From: an uncultured Nitrospiraceae bacterium
GTDB lineage: Bacteria > Nitrospirota > Thermodesulfovibrionia > Thermodesulfovibrionales > Dissulfurispiraceae
Reading direction: 5' to 3'
Assembly (NCBI GenBank): GCA_963705105.1
Contig: CAVPIW010000006.1
Location: 416,001-480,000 of the forward strand
DNA: 64,000 nucleotides
A program made the translations under genes and the position numbers. The notes under the pieces were generated by a model. That model had not been told where the DNA came from and searched no databases. It saw only the letters and a list, made by a program, of their open reading frames with translations. Below are positions 60,676-64,000 of the stretch, piece after piece. The stretch's first letter is position 1. Every line of letters starts with the position of its first letter.

Positions 60676-61656
60676 ATGGTCGACGCCGAAAAGAGCCATC
60701 CCTGCCCGCCTGTGGCGGTCATCGACGTGGGCACCAATACGATCCGTCTGCTTGTCGGCTCTGTCACGGAAGGCAGGATCAGGCGGATGGTCATGGCGAG
60801 GTCCGTGACGAGGCTCGGGAAGGATCTGGCGGCGACAGGCAATCTGAATGCCTTGAATGTTGATAATTCAATTGCAACGCTACAGCATTTTAAAGCTCTT
60901 TGTAATGACAATAACGTGTGCCGGGTCATCGCCGTCGGGACGAGCGCCCTTCGTGAAGCAGGAAACAGCGGGGATTTCATCGACCGTGTCGGCCGAACCA
61001 CGGGGATCATCATTCGTGTCATTTCCGGTGACGAAGAGGCTGACCTGACACGGACAGGCATTATGGCCGGAGGGGTGACCGGCGACGACCACACCGTTGT
61101 TGTCTTCGACATCGGCGGCGGCAGCACGGAGTGGGTCGTCTGCAACGATCAATGCCGCCGGGGAAGTCTGCCCCTCGGGTGTGTACGTCTCGCTGAACGC
61201 CACATCCGTCACGACCCCCCTATTCCGGAAGAAATAACTTCAGTGAAAAGTGACATAGAACAGACTGTTCATGAATCATCCTTAAATATGCTGTTGAACC
61301 CATCCGGCTGTCTTCAGCGTCGGCCTTGCATAATTACCGGCGGGACGGCGACTACCCTCGCCTCAATAGACCTGGAACTGGACCATTATGACGGTAACAG
61401 GATTCACGGCCACCGACTGCCTTTCGACAGGATCGCTCTCCTCTCATCACGGCTGTCATCGCTGCCGAAGCAGCAACGGGCCAGTGTGAGGGGTCTCGAA
61501 GCGGACCGGGCGGATGTCATCATACCCGGCCTTCTCATTGTCGAGACGATTATGTCACTGGGGGGCATCGGCGAAGCGGTCGTGAGCGATTACGGCCTGC
61601 TTGAGGGACTTGTCGCGGATAAGACATATTGGACGGATAGAGGGGAGGTTAATTGA
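60676..61656 (+). CDS. ppx: Ppx/GppA family phosphatase
   Basis: IDVGTNTIRL, TSALREA, DIGGGSTE, RADVI. Confidence 0.92.
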   Translation: MVDAEKSHPCPPVAVIDVGTNTIRLLVGSVTEGRIRRMVMARSVTRLGKDLAATGNLNALNVDNSIATLQHFKALCNDNNVCRVIAVGTSALREAGNSGDFIDRVGRTTGIIIRVISGDEEADLTRTGIMAGGVTGDDHTVVVFDIGGGSTEWVVCNDQCRRGSLPLGCVRLAERHIRHDPPIPEEITSVKSDIEQTVHESSLNMLLNPSGCLQRRPCIITGGTATTLASIDLELDHYDGNRIHGHRLPFDRIALLSSRLSSLPKQQRASVRGLEADRADVIIPGLLIVETIMSLGGIGEAVVSDYGLLEGLVADKTYWTDRGEVN

Positions 61657-62105
61657 AGACGAGGAAAGCGGTCATCAGCGACGTCAAGGAAATGCACAGG
61701 CTCATCAATGAAAGCGCCAAGAGGGAGGAGATGTTGCCGCGGGCGCTCAACGATCTCTATACGGGCATCAGGGATTTCGTGATCTATGAGGAACAGGATG
61801 TGATCGTCGGGATCTGTGCGCTCCGGATCATCTGGGAGGACCTTGCGGAGATCCGGTCCCTCATCGTGCGCGAGGATTTCAGGAACCGCGGCATCGGGAA
61901 ACAGCTTGTTCAGCAGTGCCTGAAAGAAGCTGAAAAACTCGGCATACGGCGCATCTTCGCACTCACCTACGTGCCCGGTTTTTTCCTGTCCCTCGGCTTC
62001 AGGGACATCGAAAAAACGAGGCTCCCCCACAAGATATGGGGCGATTGCCTGAATTGCCCCAAGTTTCCCGAGTGCGACGAACATGCAGTCATCCTTCAGC
62101 TCTGA
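61653..62105 (+). CDS. GNAT N-acetyltransferase (short ArgA-like amino-acid acetyltransferase)
   Basis: MLPR, LAEIRSL, RGIGK, FALTY, LPHKIWGDC. Confidence 0.85.
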   Translation: MKTRKAVISDVKEMHRLINESAKREEMLPRALNDLYTGIRDFVIYEEQDVIVGICALRIIWEDLAEIRSLIVREDFRNRGIGKQLVQQCLKEAEKLGIRRIFALTYVPGFFLSLGFRDIEKTRLPHKIWGDCLNCPKFPECDEHAVILQL

Positions 62106-63465
62106 ACCCGAAACCTTCTGGGTTCTCTCTATTGTTGTCCTGTCTTCCTTTCTCACCCCCTTCACGGGGTCGTCTCTCAATGTCGCCCTCCCCACAATCG
62201 CCAGGGAACTGGGGATGGACGCCGTCACCATGAGCTGGGTCGCCACGTCTTTTGTCCTCTCGGCGTCGGTCTTTCTCGTGCCCTTCGGACGGCTGGCCGA
62301 TCTCCACGGCCGAAAACGGGTCTTCCTCTGGGGCGCCGCGATCTTCACCCTCTCCTGCCTCCTGCTGTCCATCACGAGCTCCTCCCGTGAGCTTATCATC
62401 TTCCGGGTCCTCCAGGGTCTCGGGAGCTCAATGATCTTCGGGACGGGGATTGCGATCCTCACCTCCGTCGTTCCCCCTGCGGAGCGCGGAAAGGCCCTCG
62501 GAAAGACCGTCGCATCGGTCTACCTGGGGCTCACCCTCGGCCCCTTCCTGGGCGGGATCATCACAGAATATCTGGGCTGGAGGATCCTTTTCCTCCTGAA
62601 TGTTCCCCTGGGAATGCTGACGATGATCCTCGTTATTCTTAAGCTGAAAGGTGAATGGGCCGAGGCGCGGGGCGAGTCTTTCGATGTAGTCGGAACGGCC
62701 CTCTATTCCGTCGGCCTTGTCCTGGTCGTCATCGGCTTCTCACGTATAGCCGAACAGGACGGACCCTGGCTCTGCGGCGCCGGGGCACTCGGACTGGCGC
62801 TCTTTGTCGCCTGGGAGGCGAAGACGGAGAGCCCTGTCCTGCATGTGCGCCTTTTTTTCCGGAACAGGGTTTTTTCGCTCTCCAACCTCGCCGCCTTCAT
62901 CAATTACAGCGCAACCTATGCGGTGGCTTTCCTGATCAGCATCCATCTGCAATACGCACTCGCCATGAGCCCCCGTGAGGCCGGCATGATCCTGATTACC
63001 CAGCCTGTGATCATGACGCTGGTCACCCCGTATGCGGGGAAACTGTCAGACCGCATTCAGCCGGGCTATGTCGCATCGGCAGGCATGGCCCTCACGACGG
63101 CAGGACTGGTGCTCTTCACCTTTCTGACGGGAGAGACGGGCCTGCCATTCATTATGACGGGGCTGACCTGTATGGGACTGGGGTTCGCCTTTTTCTCATC
63201 ACCGAACGTGAACGCGATCATGGGGTCGGTGGACAGGAGATACTACGGAGTCGCCTCCGGCACCGTCGGCACGACCCGCCTGCTGGGACAGATGTTCAGC
63301 ATGGCCCTGTCGACTGTCATCTTCTCCGCCATCCTCGGGCGGCAGCAGATAAATGCGGACACCTTTCACCTGTTCCTGCTGAGCGAGCAGCGGGCTTTTG
63401 CTATTTTCGCCGTCCTGAGCCTCATCGGCACAGTCGCCTCCCTCGCCCGGGGCACATCGCGATGA
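62083..63465 (+). CDS. MFS transporter (DHA2-like)
   Basis: NVALPTIA, GRLADLHGRKR, ERGKALG, many TM helices. Confidence 0.9.
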   Translation: MQSSFSSEPETFWVLSIVVLSSFLTPFTGSSLNVALPTIARELGMDAVTMSWVATSFVLSASVFLVPFGRLADLHGRKRVFLWGAAIFTLSCLLLSITSSSRELIIFRVLQGLGSSMIFGTGIAILTSVVPPAERGKALGKTVASVYLGLTLGPFLGGIITEYLGWRILFLLNVPLGMLTMILVILKLKGEWAEARGESFDVVGTALYSVGLVLVVIGFSRIAEQDGPWLCGAGALGLALFVAWEAKTESPVLHVRLFFRNRVFSLSNLAAFINYSATYAVAFLISIHLQYALAMSPREAGMILITQPVIMTLVTPYAGKLSDRIQPGYVASAGMALTTAGLVLFTFLTGETGLPFIMTGLTCMGLGFAFFSSPNVNAIMGSVDRRYYGVASGTVGTTRLLGQMFSMALSTVIFSAILGRQQINADTFHLFLLSEQRAFAIFAVLSLIGTVASLARGTSR

Positions 63466-63642
63466 CGGGGCAAAACGCTTCTTTGAAAAAAGTGTCAGTG
63501 TCAGTGACAGTGTCAGTAAAAGGTTCATTTTTCTTAAGACGTCTGCCCGCAATAGTCTGTACGGGAAGGCAAAGGTTTCGCAGCACCAAGGCTTTGCGGC
63601 GCATTTACCCCACCTTTCCGGAGGGCGTATGCTGTGATTTGG
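63464..63642 (-). mobile_element. Dispersed TIR element copy 9 (degenerate ends), arms B-X
   Basis: GTGTCAGTGTCAGTGACAGTGTCAG array; GGGAAGGCAAAGGTTTCGCAGCACCAAGGC shared with copies 2 and 8. Confidence 0.65.
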
Positions 63643-63655
63643 AAAAGAGGGGAAA

Positions 63656-64000
63656 TCAGGCCCCTTTTTTCAGGTCCTCCAGCTCGGACTTGCTCAGCTC
63701 CAGCCGCGCGTCGGCCAGGCGCTTGTAGTATGAGCGGATCTTGTCCATCTTGCCGGCGCGGATCGCCTTGAGCAGGTCGCCTTCCAGCTCCGCCACCTCG
63801 AGCCGCTTGTAGTAGTCAAGGGTCTCCTTGAAATGGGCAATCACGATTTTCCCTGTCAGGAGAGGATGATTGTTCGTCACATTTGCCTCGGGGAACATGA
63901 CGCCGTGTTCAAGCTCCACTTCCAGTCCCGTACGGAACTGCTCGTCGTCAACGGCCATGCCGCCCGTGTCAAGCTCTTTGAGAACGATGCGGGCTTCCTC
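63656..64000 (-). CDS. DUF5661-like protein, 5' truncated by window edge
   Basis: FRTGLEVELEHG...NVT...TGKIVIAHFKE..DYYKRL. Confidence 0.65.
   Translation of the reverse strand, partial: EEARIVLKELDTGGMAVDDEQFRTGLEVELEHGVMFPEANVTNNHPLLTGKIVIAHFKETLDYYKRLEVAELEGDLLKAIRAGKMDKIRSYYKRLADARLELSKSELEDLKKGA

Overview
About 64 kb of chromosomal backbone from a GC-rich, anaerobic, diderm bacterium. Gene content and order suggest Nitrospirota (Thermodesulfovibrionia-like) or Desulfobacterota; this is inference, not a database result. Housekeeping and metabolic blocks include tag, an ECF sigma/anti-sigma/periplasmic triad, aldehyde:ferredoxin oxidoreductase, argG-dprA-topA, ccsA-hemA-hemC-cobA/hemD, msrAB, pgm, tRNA-Ser/ffs/dnaX/ybaB/recR, mlaEFD, ppdK, greA-pyrK-pyrD, ihfA-MerR-tRNA-Pro, a four-subunit pyruvate:ferredoxin oxidoreductase, bioW, trx, miaB-mtaB and proS-ppx. 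A dif-like site at 58541-58568 suggests the window spans the replication terminus. The most notable signals are: (1) a dispersed family of ~160-215 bp intergenic elements with terminal inverted repeats (9 copies plus one half copy) whose left and right arms occur in all four combinations, one copy abutting a tyrosine-transposase relic; (2) a porin + 9-heme + ~11-heme lipoprotein cluster resembling the Geobacter OmbB-OmaB-OmcB electron conduit, downstream of a segment bounded by 70-bp inverted repeats; (3) nested MITE/REP elements and heptamer arrays, one apparently inserted in frame in a protein; (4) a dikinase-like protein fused to a DUF1080-like beta-sandwich; (5) an SRP RNA enclosed in an extended helix. 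All family assignments come from motif recognition only; no searches were run.
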